A stretch of DNA of 64,000 nt from Prevotella sp. (lineage in GTDB: Bacteria > Bacteroidota > Bacteroidia > Bacteroidales > Bacteroidaceae). The notes below the pieces were generated by a model. That model was not told where the DNA came from. It worked only from the letters and a program-made list of their open reading frames with translations, and did not search any database. A program made the translations under genes and the position numbers. The stretch covers positions 5,841-69,840 of the forward strand of contig JBJEAW010000103.1 of the NCBI GenBank assembly GCA_051869435.1. The letters run 5' to 3'. Position 1 is the first letter of the stretch; the number at the start of each line of letters is the position of its first letter. Shown piece after piece: positions 62,708-64,000 of the stretch.

Positions 62708-64000
62708 ATGCTCCACTGGAAACTTCTGCATAAGATCATGGGCACACTGCTCATACTTGAGGCCTCGCTTCTCGCGCTGTGTCTCGTCATCTCGCTCTTC
62801 TATGGCGAGGACGACGCCATCCCGTTTCTCGTCAGTGGGGCCGTCACAGCCACAGCCGGCATAGCCTGCCGCCTCTACGGCCGCAATGCAGACAACGAGC
62901 TGAACCGCAAGGACGCATATATGCTTGTGACATCAGCATGGGTAGTGTTCACGATGTTCGGTATGCTGCCTTTCCTCATAGGCGGATACATAGGCAATGT
63001 GACGGACGCGATGTTCGAGACGATATCGGGATTCACCACGACCGGAGCCTCCATCCTCGACGATGTGGAGTGTCTGCCCCATGGCATACTCTTCTGGCGC
63101 ACCATGACCCAGTGGATAGGCGGCCTCGGCATAGTGTTCTTCACCATAGCCATCCTGCCCTCGCTCGCCGGCAGCGGCAGCGTGAAAGTCTTCTCGGCAG
63201 AGACGACAGGGCCTATACGCACGAAGATGCACCCGCGCCTCTCCACAAACTCACACGCCATCTGGATCATATACATCGTCCTCACGGCCGTATGCGCTTT
63301 CTGCTATTATGTCGGCGGCATGTCGTTCTTCGACTGTATCAACTATTCCATGACGACATGTGCCACAGGCGGATTCGCCACCCACAACACCTCGACAGAG
63401 TTTTTCAACTCGCCGGCAATAGAATATACCGGCGCGTTATTCTGCTTCCTCTCCGGCATAAACTTCACCCTGCTATACATGACATGCGTGAAGCTGCGCG
63501 TGAAAGACTTCCTGCACAATACGGAGATGCGGCTGTATAGCAGCATAATACTTGGCGGCACAGCCATCATCATGTACTATCTCATCGCCCATCTCGGCTA
63601 CGATGTTGAGAAGGCATTCCGCTGTGCGGTGTTCCAGACAGTGTCGTTCCTGACGAGCACCGGCCTCTTCAGCGACGATGCCGGCCAGTGGCCACACGTC
63701 ACATGGATAGTGTTGGGTGTCTGTATGTTTATCGGCGGCTGTGCCGGCTCCACCGCCGGCGGCGTGAAGTGCATACGCATCGTCATGGTATTGAAGTACA
63801 TCGCCAACGAGTTCAAGCAGATACTCCATCCCAATGCCGTGCTGCCTGTGCGCATAAACAACGCCTCCATACCACAGTCAGCACGCAACAGGCTGCTCCC
63901 ATTCCTCTTCCTGTATCTCGGGCTGTTCCTTGTCTGCGCGACATACTTCACCGCCATAGGTGTCGATGTCATCAACTCCATCACGCTGTGCCTCTCTTGC
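62708..64000 (+). CDS. trkH: Trk K+ uptake membrane subunit, 3' end outside the window
   Basis: Open frame from ATG 62708 (MLHWKLLHKIMG); FETISGFTTTGAS, WIGGLGI, ATGGF, TSTG, GGCAGSTAGGVK. Confidence 0.93.
   Translation, partial: MLHWKLLHKIMGTLLILEASLLALCLVISLFYGEDDAIPFLVSGAVTATAGIACRLYGRNADNELNRKDAYMLVTSAWVVFTMFGMLPFLIGGYIGNVTDAMFETISGFTTTGASILDDVECLPHGILFWRTMTQWIGGLGIVFFTIAILPSLAGSGSVKVFSAETTGPIRTKMHPRLSTNSHAIWIIYIVLTAVCAFCYYVGGMSFFDCINYSMTTCATGGFATHNTSTEFFNSPAIEYTGALFCFLSGINFTLLYMTCVKLRVKDFLHNTEMRLYSSIILGGTAIIMYYLIAHLGYDVEKAFRCAVFQTVSFLTSTGLFSDDAGQWPHVTWIVLGVCMFIGGCAGSTAGGVKCIRIVMVLKYIANEFKQILHPNAVLPVRINNASIPQSARNRLLPFLFLYLGLFLVCATYFTAIGVDVINSITLCLSC

Overview
This is a Prevotella-like (Bacteroidales) chromosomal segment made mostly of core genes: putA (5' partial), nitroreductase, porT, a long RelA/SpoT homolog, tRNA-Ser(CGA), dacB, sprA/sov, ruvA, meso-DAP dehydrogenase, an SNF2-type ATPase, etfB-etfA-acyl-CoA dehydrogenase, fhs, tadA, the exbB-exbD-exbD-tonB-(PstS-like)-TPR cluster, aspC, an LptF/G permease, tRNA-Met, GH2, GH29, pepC, dxs, trkA and trkH (3' partial). 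Many promoters match the Bacteroidetes TTTG-N19/20-TAnnTTTG consensus. I saw no CRISPR array, prophage, integrase or transposase. The most notable observations are: (1) a dispersed ~180-195 bp non-coding element family with GGNNNGTTCTA-type terminal inverted repeats, short target duplications and a covarying apical hairpin, often in gene leaders and once nested in itself; (2) a SusC/SusD locus with no CAZyme whose downstream surface/secreted proteins share an unrecognised Tyr-rich domain; (3) an acyltransferase-3 gene split at a C9 tract, a candidate phase switch; (4) a long RSH with intact hydrolase but eroded synthetase motifs; (5) a second 365-bp MITE with perfect 17-bp TIRs and an 8-bp TSD; (6) compensated tertiary-pair swaps in both tRNAs. 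All calls come from reading the sequence by eye; no database searches were run.
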